63,864 nucleotides of DNA from Eubacteriales bacterium (GCA_045604985.1 JAZUPD010000017.1:1-63864), one strand, 5' to 3'; shown: positions 7,444 through 16,188, counted from the first letter of the stretch. Notes: generated from the letters alone by a model not told the origin. Made by a program: numbers and translations.

Positions 7444-7562
7444 TCTATATCTCCTCGTCAAATTCTTATTTATCGTTGGATTTATTATATCATGATTTTA
7501 TAAATTTTTCAATCGTTCAAAGCTATAAGGGCTGACAGTTTTTCTCCTGCCAGCCCTCATAA

Positions 7563-7955
7563 CTATTTCTTATTCAACATTTTCACCTTTGGCACGTAGT
7601 TTTCCTTTATACCGATTACTGTATATCCGGCTCTTTCTATGTGCGACTTAATTGTTGTATCATCAACTTCCTCTGCATAAGAAACCAAAAGCTCGCCCTT
7701 TTTCAGATCGACCTTGCCTGCAATACCGGTAAGATCGTTAACGACTTCTTCCACTCTGTTTTTACAACGGTTGCAATGCATCCCATCTACCAAAAACACC
7801 TTTTGATAACGAATACCTGCGAGCTTCTTTTTCTTTGGCTTATAACTGCTGCCACCGCCGCAACAACTTCCCTCACCCTTGAAGTGCTTTACTGATGAAA
7901 TAACGGCTATGACCACGATAATGGCGATTACAGCGATAATAATATAATTTTCCAT
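7563..7955 (-). CDS. Membrane-anchored Cys-rich plus heavy-metal-associated (HMA) domain protein
   Basis: An N-terminal TM helix and GSCCGGG resemble FeoB-associated Cys-rich peptides. The C-terminal ferredoxin-like HMA fold carries a GMHCNRC metal site. Confidence 0.7.
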   Translation of the reverse strand: MENYIIIAVIAIIVVIAVISSVKHFKGEGSCCGGGSSYKPKKKKLAGIRYQKVFLVDGMHCNRCKNRVEEVVNDLTGIAGKVDLKKGELLVSYAEEVDDTTIKSHIERAGYTVIGIKENYVPKVKMLNKK

Positions 7956-7964
7956 TTGAGCATC

Positions 7965-8339
7965 TCATTTCTTCCTTCTGTTGTATAATTCATTGATTTT
8001 ATCGGGCGACATATCCGCAAGAATACCGCATATGGCGATCTCGGTAGTTGCGTTGTCACCGCAAAGCTCATTCATTTTGTTTTGGAGTAATCCAAAGCAT
8101 ACCTCGTATTTGTTTGCCAAGGCACGTCCCTTTTCTGTAAAATGGGCGAGTCCGAAGATCTCCTGAGTGAGAACTCCTGTTTCGGCAAGAGATTTCAGCA
8201 TATTATGTACGCTCGGCTTGCTGTAATCGAGGGCCGTAGCAATCTCAATGTTTTTTACTCCGCATCCTCCGTGCGATAAACGTAGCATACAAATCATATA
8301 TCTGATCTGCGACGATGTGAATTTTATATAGTTATTCAA
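7965..8339 (-). CDS. DtxR/MntR-family-like HTH regulator (N-terminal DNA-binding domain type)
   Basis: The region IEIATALDYSKPSVHNMLKSLAETGVL is a winged HTH of DtxR type. The likely start is TTG 8339, 6 nt after GGAGG. The track ORF runs to 8396. Confidence 0.6.
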   Translation of the reverse strand: MNNYIKFTSSQIRYMICMLRLSHGGCGVKNIEIATALDYSKPSVHNMLKSLAETGVLTQEIFGLAHFTEKGRALANKYEVCFGLLQNKMNELCGDNATTEIAICGILADMSPDKINELYNRRKK

Positions 8340-8395
8340 GACTAACCTCCGCTTTTCAGAAAAGGGATACGACGCTCGGTACGCATCCCTTAACA

Positions 8396-8584
8396 TTATT
8401 GTTTATAGTTGTCTTTGTCTGCCTCGTTGTGACCACATCCACCGTTGCAATTTCCTCCGCATTGCTTTGCGTAAGGACAACCGACACATTTTTCACCGCG
8501 CTTCTTGGCGCGAACGATATAGAATACCGCTGCACCAACGATAAGCACGATTGCGGCGATTGCTATATAATCAACGATCCCCAT
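8396..8584 (-). CDS. FeoB-associated Cys-rich membrane protein
   Basis: MGIVDYIAIAAIVLIVGAAVFYIV is followed by CVGCPYAKQCGGNCNGGCGH. The gene lies immediately downstream of feoB. Confidence 0.8.
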   Translation of the reverse strand: MGIVDYIAIAAIVLIVGAAVFYIVRAKKRGEKCVGCPYAKQCGGNCNGGCGHNEADKDNYKQ

Positions 8585-8586
8585 AA

Positions 8587-10602
8587 TTATGCACAAAGAG
8601 CGTATTCAGCCTTAAGCTGCTTGTTCTTTCTGGTAATCATGAAGGTGAAGATTGCGGCAATGGCAAGCGTGATTACCCAGCCGAGCGTGGGGATCCAAGC
8701 TGCGCCGAAGCTTCCGCCCGTGAACAGCGTACCGAAGAAGAATACGAGGAATCCGATTACGTATCCAACTGCAAACTGAAGTCCGATACCTGCCCAGAGC
8801 CACTTCTTGCTCTTGATCTCGGAGTTCATTGCGCCGAGAGCTGCGAAGCAAGGAGGTGTAAAGAGGTTGAACATAAGGAATGCAAGACCTGCAACAACCG
8901 AGATACCACCCATGTTGGATGCGCCGATTTCGCCAATAGCCTCGAGATCATCGTTGATCAGATGCTCAAACATAAATACGGTTGCAAGAGTAGAAACAAC
9001 GCACTCTTTTGCTATAAAGCCCGTAACAGCCGCCGCTGCAAGCTGCCAAAGTGCTACACCAACGATAGGAGCAATTACGTAACCAATCGGTGTTGCGATG
9101 GTAGCAAGGATGGAGGCCGAAGGATCTTCAACTGCCCTGAAGTTCCAGCCGTAGGTCTGCATCATGTAAACGACGAAGTTACATACGAGAATGACCGTTC
9201 CTGCCTTAACTATGTAAGCCCAACCTCTCTGACACATAGACTTGAGTGCCTGAACGAAGGAAGGTGCTTTGTATTCGGGAAGCTCGATGATGAAGAAGGA
9301 CTTTCTTGCCTTGTGACCGGTAAGCGCATTGATAAGAAGTGCGCAAAGAAGAATGAGAACGATACCTACGAAGTACATCGTAACGCCAACCCATTCAGAA
9401 CCCTCGAAGAATGCGCCTGCGAAAAGTGCGATAACGGGAAGCTTTGCTCCGCAAGGCATAAAGGGAGTCAGCATGGCAGTTGCTCTGCGCTCACGCTCGT
9501 TACGGATGGTGCGGCAAGCCATAACACCGGGGATCGCACATCCTGTGCCGATAATGAAGGGGATAACGGATTTGCCCGAAAGACCGACTGTCTTGAAGAT
9601 AGGGTCGAGAACAACGGTAGCACGTGCCATATAACCGCAATCTTCAAGGAGTGCGATAAGGAAGTACATAACCATTACGAGAGGCAAGAAGCCGACAACG
9701 GCTGCCACGCCTTCAATGATACCTTCAAGGATGATAGCTTGAACGATGTCGTTAGCACCGCTGAGCCAGCCGGCTACAACGTCTTTGAACCAACCGATGC
9801 AGTCACCAAGACCCCAAAGGTGAGTTTCGCCAACGTCAAGACCTTCTGCAAGCCATACGCCGGGGCCTGCCTGAGAGATCCAGAAAACAGCCCACATAAT
9901 TAGAGCGAAGATCGGAATGCCGAGCCACTTGTTTGTAAGAACAGCATCAATCTTGTCGCCGATGTTTCTTTCCTTCGTAAGCACCTTACGGGTTTCAACC
10001 TCTTTCACGATTCCGTTTACAAACTCGAAGCGCTTGCGGTCAGCGGCTTCAACAACGGTTTTGTCGGAAAGGTCGACGTCACCCTGATGATAGGGTGCTT
10101 TCTGCGTTTGACCTGCCAAGGACGCAGCAGCTTCAATAAGTGCTTTGAGTCCTTTTGCCGAGGTAGAAACGGTAGTGATTACGGGACAGCCGAGCTTTGC
10201 GCTCAAAGCGTCCACGTCAATTTTCGTTTCCTTTTTTTCGTTGATATCGCTCTTATTTAGAGCAACGACAACGGGAATACCAAGCTCTAAAAGCTGCGTA
10301 GTGAAGAAAAGGCTACGGCTGAGGTTGGTAGCATCCACGATGTTGATGATAACGTCGGGATTTTCCTTTTTCACGTAGGAGCTTGTAATGCTTTCCTCGC
10401 TCGTGAAGGGGGACATGGAGTATGCACCGGGAAGGTCAACAGCAATAAGCTGTGCGCTGCCTGCATACGCCTTTTTAATGGGGTGTTCTTTCTTGTCAAC
10501 GGTAACACCAGCCCAGTTTCCGACCTTCTCACTGCGTCCGGTCAGAACATTATACATGGTGGTCTTACCTGAGTTGGGATTGCCCGCCAAAGCAATTCTC
10601 AT
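8587..10602 (-). CDS. feoB: Ferrous iron transport protein B
   Basis: The ORF is 671 aa with an N-terminal G-domain (GNPNSGKTT, DLPG, NKSD) and a polytopic gate domain. Confidence 0.95.
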   Translation of the reverse strand: MRIALAGNPNSGKTTMYNVLTGRSEKVGNWAGVTVDKKEHPIKKAYAGSAQLIAVDLPGAYSMSPFTSEESITSSYVKKENPDVIINIVDATNLSRSLFFTTQLLELGIPVVVALNKSDINEKKETKIDVDALSAKLGCPVITTVSTSAKGLKALIEAAASLAGQTQKAPYHQGDVDLSDKTVVEAADRKRFEFVNGIVKEVETRKVLTKERNIGDKIDAVLTNKWLGIPIFALIMWAVFWISQAGPGVWLAEGLDVGETHLWGLGDCIGWFKDVVAGWLSGANDIVQAIILEGIIEGVAAVVGFLPLVMVMYFLIALLEDCGYMARATVVLDPIFKTVGLSGKSVIPFIIGTGCAIPGVMACRTIRNERERRATAMLTPFMPCGAKLPVIALFAGAFFEGSEWVGVTMYFVGIVLILLCALLINALTGHKARKSFFIIELPEYKAPSFVQALKSMCQRGWAYIVKAGTVILVCNFVVYMMQTYGWNFRAVEDPSASILATIATPIGYVIAPIVGVALWQLAAAAVTGFIAKECVVSTLATVFMFEHLINDDLEAIGEIGASNMGGISVVAGLAFLMFNLFTPPCFAALGAMNSEIKSKKWLWAGIGLQFAVGYVIGFLVFFFGTLFTGGSFGAAWIPTLGWVITLAIAAIFTFMITRKNKQLKAEYALCA

Positions 10603-10657
10603 GATGGATTTCCTCCTTATTTTAATCCTTTCGGATATAAATTACTGTCTAAATGGT

Positions 10658-10675
10658 GGTTAGCAATTGCTAACC
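10658..10675. promoter_or_regulatory. DtxR-type palindromic box GGTTAGCAATTGCTAACC (feoA-feoB spacer)
   Basis: An 18-bp perfect palindrome related to the DtxR/IdeR consensus TTAGGTTAGCCTAACCTAA. It sits in a 24-nt block (ATGGTGGTTAGCAATTGCTAACCG) identical to the one at 10987-11010. Confidence 0.7.
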
Positions 10676-10736
10676 GTATGCCTAAAAAATAATCAGCTTG
10701 CTGTTTTTGAGGCATACAATTTCATGGCATACAAAA

Positions 10737-10949
10737 TTATATAATAATAGCTTCAGCAAGCTGATTATCAATATTATACCTTCCGTCCTTGATTGCGACG
10801 ACACAACCACCCTTGAGGTGGCGTACTACGGTGATTGCTTCACCGCTGTAGCATCCAAGGGAGAACAAGAACGCATTGAGTTCTTCATCATCGGTTTCAA
10901 TTTTGCTTATGATATATTCTTTTCCGTCCTGTGCTTCGCGAAGGTTCAT
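10737..10949 (-). CDS. feoA: FeoA family protein
   Basis: Within ORF 10737..11078. The start was refined to MNLREAQDGKEY (ATG 10949) behind the RBS AAAGGAG. The product is a 70-aa SH3-like FeoA. Confidence 0.85.
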   Translation of the reverse strand: MNLREAQDGKEYIISKIETDDEELNAFLFSLGCYSGEAITVVRHLKGGCVVAIKDGRYNIDNQLAEAIII

Positions 10950-10990
10950 CGTAAGCTCCTTTCTCCGATATCGGTCTGTGTTTTTATGGT

Positions 10991-11008
10991 GGTTAGCAAT
11001 TGCTAACC
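10991..11008. promoter_or_regulatory. DtxR-type box GGTTAGCAATTGCTAACC overlapping the feoA transcription start
   Basis: A perfect palindrome lies 8 nt downstream of the feoA -10. Confidence 0.75.
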
Positions 11009-11015
11009 GATGTAT

Positions 11016-11044
11016 ATTATACTCTTTTTTTCTATGTTTGTCAA
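11016..11044 (-). promoter_or_regulatory. Consensus sigma-A promoter of feoA
   Basis: On the minus strand: TTGACA (11044-11039), a 17-nt spacer, and TATAAT (11021-11016). Confidence 0.75.
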
Positions 11045-11099
11045 TGATTTTGCGCTTGTTTTTCTGTCGATTTTTCATTTTCGTATGCTTTTACAAAAT

Positions 11100-11117
11100 G
11101 GTTAGCAATCGCTAACC
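11100..11117. promoter_or_regulatory. DtxR-type box GGTTAGCAATCGCTAACC, with a degenerate copy TGTTAGTATTGGCTAATT at about 11144-11161
   Basis: A near-perfect palindrome lies in the divergent feoA/dtxR-family intergenic region. Confidence 0.65.
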
Positions 11118-11173
11118 GCCTTTCTCACGATCTTGCACAAAATTGTTAGTATTGGCTAATTTTTTTGATTTTA

Positions 11174-11202
11174 CTTGAAAAAAATTTCCTTCCATGTTAT
11201 AA
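11174..11202 (+). promoter_or_regulatory. Sigma-A promoter of the DtxR-family regulator gene
   Basis: TTGAAA (11174-11179), a 17-nt spacer, and TATAAT (11197-11202) with an upstream TG. Confidence 0.65.
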
Positions 11203-11235
11203 TATATTGAACTTGCAGAAAGGAAGGTGACATCT

Positions 11236-11610
11236 ATGGCACTTCACGAATCGGGACAGATGTATCTCGAAGCAATATACGTTTTATTACAGAAAAACGA
11301 TAAGATCCGAGCCATTGATGTTGGTGCTTATCTCGGCTACACAAAGCCTTCTGTAAGTCGTGCCGTCGGTCTTTTGAAAAAGAGCGAGCATATATCGGTA
11401 GATTCCGACGGATACATCACGATGACTCCCAAGGGAGAGGCGTTTGCCGAACAGCTATACGAACGCCATACCGTGCTGACAAAAATGCTGATGGCTCTCG
11501 GCGTTGACGAGGAAACCGCAACAGAGGATGCCTGCCGTATCGAACACGTGATTAGCGACAAATCCTTCACGGCAGTAAAAAAGCACTATTTGGATTACAA
11601 AAATCATTAA
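11236..11610 (+). CDS. DtxR/MntR-family metal-dependent transcriptional regulator
   Basis: The translation reads MALHESGQMYLEAIYVL...YTKPSVSRAVGLLKK...YERHTVLTKMLMALGVDEETA. ATG 11236 follows the RBS GGAAGG. Confidence 0.85.
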   Translation: MALHESGQMYLEAIYVLLQKNDKIRAIDVGAYLGYTKPSVSRAVGLLKKSEHISVDSDGYITMTPKGEAFAEQLYERHTVLTKMLMALGVDEETATEDACRIEHVISDKSFTAVKKHYLDYKNH

Positions 11611-11673
11611 ATATTTAGCGACAAGGATTTTTCGTCCTTGCCGCCGTATTCTTTGCTTACTTCGATAAAATTT

Positions 11674-11703
11674 AAGAGGGCTGACCGTTTGGTCAGCCCT
11701 CTT
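11674..11703 (+). terminator. Hairpin AAGAGGGCTGACC-GTTT-GGTCAGCCCTCTT, preceded by a second hairpin at 11618-11644
   Basis: A 13-bp perfect stem lies downstream of the regulator gene. Confidence 0.6.
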
Positions 11704-11854
11704 AAATCATTATGCAAGATTTGCAACAGAATAATTGCCTTATACTCTCTAATATGGCATAGCCATCGCAAGAAATTTCTCGCTGATAGGCGGCTTAAAA
11801 TGTGAGAACGGAAAAAAACCCTTATTATTGGATATTTTATAAATGTTGCTTTTA

Positions 11855-12136
11855 TTACTTCTTGATGGGCAGTAACATTTTCGTTTGTTGCTTATATTCC
11901 TCAATTGCCACGTGAATGCGAATTTCACCGCCGAATGTGGTAGGACGCTTATTCTGACATTCCACACCAAGTACGGGAGATGTAACACCGTCTTGCTCCA
12001 TTTTAGCGTAACCGCATCCAATCTGTTCAAGAAAGTCAACCTGCGCTTCTTCCATAAAACGAACTCAGTTCGAGTGGTGCGTTATGCCCATTTTATCTGT
12101 TTCATAATAGTTGATCTTTCTGATGTGATCATTCAT
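11855..12136 (-). pseudogene. Acyl-CoA thioesterase (4HBT/YbgC family) remnant with an in-frame TGA and a truncated C-terminus
   Basis: My translation from ATG 12136 reads MNDHIRKINYYETDKMGITHHSN*VRFMEEAQVDFLEQIGCGYAKMEQDGVTSPVLGVECQ.... This matches the YbgC-type N-terminal half but stops after about 90 codons. Confidence 0.7.
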
Positions 12137-12162
12137 GGGAATACCTCTTTTTCTCGTTTGTA

Positions 12163-13572
12163 TTACTTTGGTACCTTTCTGTCTGTAAGAATTTTAAGGA
12201 TCATTGCAAACGCCAAGAAGCACAATGCCGGATAGTAAGTTCCCATACATGCGTGATCCGTCCAGTTCCAAAGTCCGATGAACCAATCGAACACAAGCAT
12301 CAGATCCGAGAAAAAGAACAGAATGCTTGCGACGGCGATCGTTCCCGTAACGGCGTTCTTTTCTCTGACAAAATTACCCACCGCCTTGCCGAGCATTGTG
12401 GAAATGATCAGCGCATAGACGATACAAACGATGCGGAAGATGGCTGTTTCAAAGGTAAGCAACGGGCAGAACAGAAGAAAGATCAAGCATCCGAGGAACA
12501 ATACTCCGCTGATGATATAATCAAGCTTCTGCATTTTCTGCATAAAGCAGTAGGCAACGACAAAGCAAACGTGACCGAGCGCAAAGGTTGCTGCGCCGAT
12601 GATGAAATCGTAACCGATCAGATAGTCGCCGAGGAATGCAAGCACAAGACCTGCCGCCATGCCGATATGGAATTTTGTGTTCGTCTGTTTTGTTTTCAAT
12701 GCATAATATTCTTCCAGACCGATCTTTTCCGTTTTGATTTCGGTTACAACAATTCCGTTATCGTAGAGATACTTTACAACATCCTCGGTCTTGACCTCGT
12801 CGTAAACACGGAGATAGCCTGCTTCATCCTCTTCCACGCGGGAGAATTTCGAGCCGAGTGTGAATTTCGCACGGCTCATATCCCTTGCCTGAAGCGCAAC
12901 ATAAGTACGGCAGCTTTCTTCCAGCTCGTCGGCGGTCATTTCCGCAATCATTCTGCCTCCTCTGATAATGCCGTAATGGGTTGCGATCTTTTCAAGCTCG
13001 CCGAGAACGTGAGAGGAAATCACGACGGTTGCACCCGACTTTGTAATATCGGTCAGCACTTCCCGCATAATTCTCATACCGTCGGCATCAAGACCGTTGA
13101 TCGGCTCGTCGAGAACGAGGAGCTTGGGGTTGCCAAGGAGTGCCATGGCAATGCCGATGCGCTGCTTCATACCGAGGGAGCAGTTCTTGTATTTGTTGCC
13201 TGCTGCGCCTTCCATGCGAACTGTTTTAAGAACCTTGATAACCTCTTCCTCAGCGTTTGGGGTACGAAGGTTCGCCGCTTGGATCATCATATTGTTCCAC
13301 ACGCTGAGTCCGCCAAAGCATCCGGGCGCTTCTATCAGCACGCCCATATTCGCACGAATATCGCCGTCGGTGTGAGGCTTTCCGTAGAGCTTGACCGTGC
13401 CGCCGCTTTTGCGGATCAGACCGCAGATAATCTTCTCGGTGGTGGATTTACCAGAACCGTTTTCGCCGATAAATCCGTAGATCGCACCTTCGGGAACGGT
13501 CATATTAAGCCCGTTTACAGCCAGCTTGGGGCCGAAATTTTTTGTTAAGTTTCTGATTTCAATAGCATTCAT
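12163..13572 (-). CDS. ABC transporter ATP-binding protein fused in frame to a YhhN (lysoplasmalogenase-like) membrane domain lacking its N-terminus
   Basis: Residues 1 to about 300 are paralogous to the 14419..15324 ATPase (GENGSGKST, LGMKQR, LLVLDEP, GLEEYY). The last roughly 170 aa carry the YhhN motifs FLGDYLI, FALGHVCFVVAY, FFFSDLMLVF and GTYYPA. The start is MNAIEI (ATG 13572) behind the RBS AAGGAGG. Confidence 0.75.
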   Translation of the reverse strand: MNAIEIRNLTKNFGPKLAVNGLNMTVPEGAIYGFIGENGSGKSTTEKIICGLIRKSGGTVKLYGKPHTDGDIRANMGVLIEAPGCFGGLSVWNNMMIQAANLRTPNAEEEVIKVLKTVRMEGAAGNKYKNCSLGMKQRIGIAMALLGNPKLLVLDEPINGLDADGMRIMREVLTDITKSGATVVISSHVLGELEKIATHYGIIRGGRMIAEMTADELEESCRTYVALQARDMSRAKFTLGSKFSRVEEDEAGYLRVYDEVKTEDVVKYLYDNGIVVTEIKTEKIGLEEYYALKTKQTNTKFHIGMAAGLVLAFLGDYLIGYDFIIGAATFALGHVCFVVAYCFMQKMQKLDYIISGVLFLGCLIFLLFCPLLTFETAIFRIVCIVYALIISTMLGKAVGNFVREKNAVTGTIAVASILFFFSDLMLVFDWFIGLWNWTDHACMGTYYPALCFLAFAMILKILTDRKVPK

Positions 13573-13585
13573 ACTTTCGACCTCC

Positions 13586-14419
13586 TTAATATACATCGCT
13601 CTTGTTCAGAATGTGCGTTCCAACAAGATTATAGATAAATGCCCACGAAACCGATACCAACGTGCAGACAATTAGCGTTTCGATATTACTTGTGAGACAA
13701 GCGTTGACCGATGAGCCGTAAAGAAACAGATTGAGAACGTAGGAGGGAAGATTCAATGCTTCAATAATTGCCGCCGCTCCGATAATAAGAATACCCGTGC
13801 CGAAGAAGAAGGACGATGCCACGGAGATACCGAAATATCTTCTGAAAATAATGTTTAGGAAGGTGAAAAGACTTGCCCAACCAAGAGACATAATGATTTT
13901 GCCAAGGATAGCAATTACGAGAGAACCAGCGTTCACGCTCCAATCGTATCCTGCGAACATACCGCCCGCAATACCGCCAAGGAGATATGTGATGCACATA
14001 CACGCCATCGCAAAAGCGCAAGTGAGAGATTTGGAGATCATGTAGTCCTGCTTTTTTGCGTGGGTAGTAAAGAGTTGCTTTACGTAGCCACTCTTATAGT
14101 CGTGACCGATGAAGATGGACACCATAATACCACCAAAAATGAACACCATATTCATATTGGCATAGTCGGCAATTCCTCTGATTACGTAAAGCGAATCCTC
14201 TGCGGCAATGATCTGCCAAGCGTTTGTATAAAGCTCGATAGCGTTGCCGCTTTGGTCTGTCATCGTGGTCATTCCCGAAACCATCGCAGGGATGATGGCG
14301 GCAATGGCAAGGAAGATGTAAAAGAGGGGCGTATGGAACAGACGGTAAAAGTCCACGCCGAGCATATTCTTGATTCTTTGTGCGAAGCTCGGAGATTCAA
14401 ATTTCAACTCTTTGCCCAT
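13586..14419 (-). CDS. ABC-2 type transporter permease
   Basis: A 277-aa polytopic membrane protein lies between two ABC ATPase genes. Its start overlaps the upstream stop. Confidence 0.7.
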   Translation of the reverse strand: MGKELKFESPSFAQRIKNMLGVDFYRLFHTPLFYIFLAIAAIIPAMVSGMTTMTDQSGNAIELYTNAWQIIAAEDSLYVIRGIADYANMNMVFIFGGIMVSIFIGHDYKSGYVKQLFTTHAKKQDYMISKSLTCAFAMACMCITYLLGGIAGGMFAGYDWSVNAGSLVIAILGKIIMSLGWASLFTFLNIIFRRYFGISVASSFFFGTGILIIGAAAIIEALNLPSYVLNLFLYGSSVNACLTSNIETLIVCTLVSVSWAFIYNLVGTHILNKSDVY

Positions 14420-15324
14420 TATCTTTTACCTCCTTGCTTTGACATCAGCTCGATATAGTATTCTTCAAGACCGATTTTATTTTTCTTAATCTCGCTGACA
14501 ACGTGACCGTTTTCCATAAGGTAGGAAACGATTTCTTCCACGTCATCGACGTCGTAAATGCGGATATATCCGTCCTCGTGTCGCACATCGGCGTATTTTT
14601 TTGAGAGAATAGCATACGCACCGTTCATATCTGCCGTTTTTAGAGACGTGAACACCTGCGCTCTTGAATCCATTTCCTCAGCACTCATTTCCATAATCAT
14701 CTTGCCTTGACGGATGATGCCGTAATGCGTTGCGATCTTTTCAAGTTCGCCAAGCAGATGCGAGGAAATGAGAACGGTACAGCCGTAGTTTTTAGTGATA
14801 TCCACGAGGATTTCACGCATAATACGCATACCGTCGGTGTCAAGACCGTTGATCGGCTCGTCAAGAATGAGAAGCGCAGGCGACCCCAGCAGAGCCATAG
14901 CAATGCCGATACGCTGCTTCATACCAAGAGAACAACTCTTAAATTTGATGTTTGCGTTGTCCTCCATACGCACGATCTCAAGCACACGGCTAATTTCCTC
15001 ATCTGCGTTCCGGATCCCAAGATTGATGCACTGCATCATAAGGTTCTGATGCACGGACGAACCGGGAAAACAGCCTGCGTTCTCAATCAGTACGCCAACT
15101 CTAACACGGACACCGAGATCGGTATAATCTCTGCCGAACAGTTTAATCTCACCACCGTCGGGGACGAGATGACCGCAGATGAGCTTTTCGGTGGTGGATT
15201 TTCCACTTCCGTTCTCACCGATGAAGCCATAAATTGCTCCCTGCGGAACGGTCATATTGAGGTGGTCGACCGCATACATTCCGCGAAAGCTCTTTGAAAG
15301 TTCTCTGATTTCAATAGCGTTCAT
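14419..15324 (-). CDS. ABC transporter ATP-binding protein
   Basis: It has Walker A GENGSGKST, the signature LGMKQR and Walker B LLILDEP. The start is MNAIEI (ATG 15324) behind the RBS AAGGAG. Confidence 0.9.
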   Translation of the reverse strand: MNAIEIRELSKSFRGMYAVDHLNMTVPQGAIYGFIGENGSGKSTTEKLICGHLVPDGGEIKLFGRDYTDLGVRVRVGVLIENAGCFPGSSVHQNLMMQCINLGIRNADEEISRVLEIVRMEDNANIKFKSCSLGMKQRIGIAMALLGSPALLILDEPINGLDTDGMRIMREILVDITKNYGCTVLISSHLLGELEKIATHYGIIRQGKMIMEMSAEEMDSRAQVFTSLKTADMNGAYAILSKKYADVRHEDGYIRIYDVDDVEEIVSYLMENGHVVSEIKKNKIGLEEYYIELMSKQGGKR

Positions 15325-15390
15325 TTTTACTCCTTTACAAACAGGCACAAGCGAGCCGTGTTTTTTACGCCTCGCTTACGTTGTTTATTC

Positions 15391-15702
15391 TCATCTTTTC
15401 TTCTTTGCCGCATCGTAGCGAGCGTTAGCCACCTGGGTTCTTGCCTTTGCTTCAGCGGTTCTCGCATCACGCTCTTCCTGCATTTTAGCGGCTCTTTCGG
15501 AGGAACTCATATGTGCGTCATCCCAAGTTTTCTTTGCATCAGCCTTTGCCTTTGCATAGGTGTTGTGACCTCTGTTTTCCTCGAAGAATGCCCTGGATTC
15601 AGCCTTTACTGCTGCGAACTCAGCCTTGTCAACCTTGCGCTGTGCTTTTGCGCTTTCCTTCATGTCACCGAAAGCCTTTTTGAAAAATGTCTTGATTCCC
15701 AT
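15391..15702 (-). CDS. Hypothetical Lys/Ala-rich helical protein
   Basis: A 103-aa ORF with a clean intergenic context and no recognisable family. Confidence 0.5.
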   Translation of the reverse strand: MGIKTFFKKAFGDMKESAKAQRKVDKAEFAAVKAESRAFFEENRGHNTYAKAKADAKKTWDDAHMSSSERAAKMQEERDARTAEAKARTQVANARYDAAKKKR

Positions 15703-15727
15703 TTGTTTTGTTCTCCTTTACGTTAAT

Positions 15728-16090
15728 TTATTTATTCATTATTTTATCGCTGAGAGCGAAGATTTCGGGTGCGTACTTTTTCTTGCGTGCGCTCATAATT
15801 CCTTTGTGCATTGGATAGTTAATCAAAGTCATCAGCAGTCCGACAACACCAATTACAATACCGGGGATCATCATATCACCCAGTCCAAGCTTTGATGCAA
15901 TGTCTGTCATGACAAGACTCATGCCACATCCCATGATGATGGCGCTGATGCTACCAAAGGTATAAGAGAATACGTTCGCAGGACGCTTGACCTTGGCATC
16001 AAGCTCACGAAGCGTATCAAGATCAGTAATCTGCTTTTCTACATATTGCGTGCGGATTCTCTCCGCTGTTTGTTGTTCGTTTTTGTTCAT
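15728..16090 (-). CDS. Hypothetical membrane protein (2 predicted TM helices)
   Basis: A 120-aa ORF with a hydrophobic core SISAIIMGCGMSLV...GIVIGVVGLLMTLI. Confidence 0.55.
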   Translation of the reverse strand: MNKNEQQTAERIRTQYVEKQITDLDTLRELDAKVKRPANVFSYTFGSISAIIMGCGMSLVMTDIASKLGLGDMMIPGIVIGVVGLLMTLINYPMHKGIMSARKKKYAPEIFALSDKIMNK

Positions 16091-16188
16091 CGTGATTACC
16101 TCGTTTCTTTCATTGTGACTATATTTTACGATATCTATTTTTGAGTTTTGTTGGAGAATTGTTTCTGAAATGTTATAAAAACGAGTTT

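Noticed and set aside
8962-9903. Long antisense ORFs inside real genes: 8962..9903 (feoB), 12253..13548 (ABC::YhhN), 14707..15297, 26777..27445, 37277..38077, 41313..42236, 43294..44307, 51617..52327 and 29071..29532.
   Set aside because: Each lies fully opposite a confidently identified gene, has low-complexity or Cys/Arg-rich composition, and shows no family resemblance. They are shadow ORFs.
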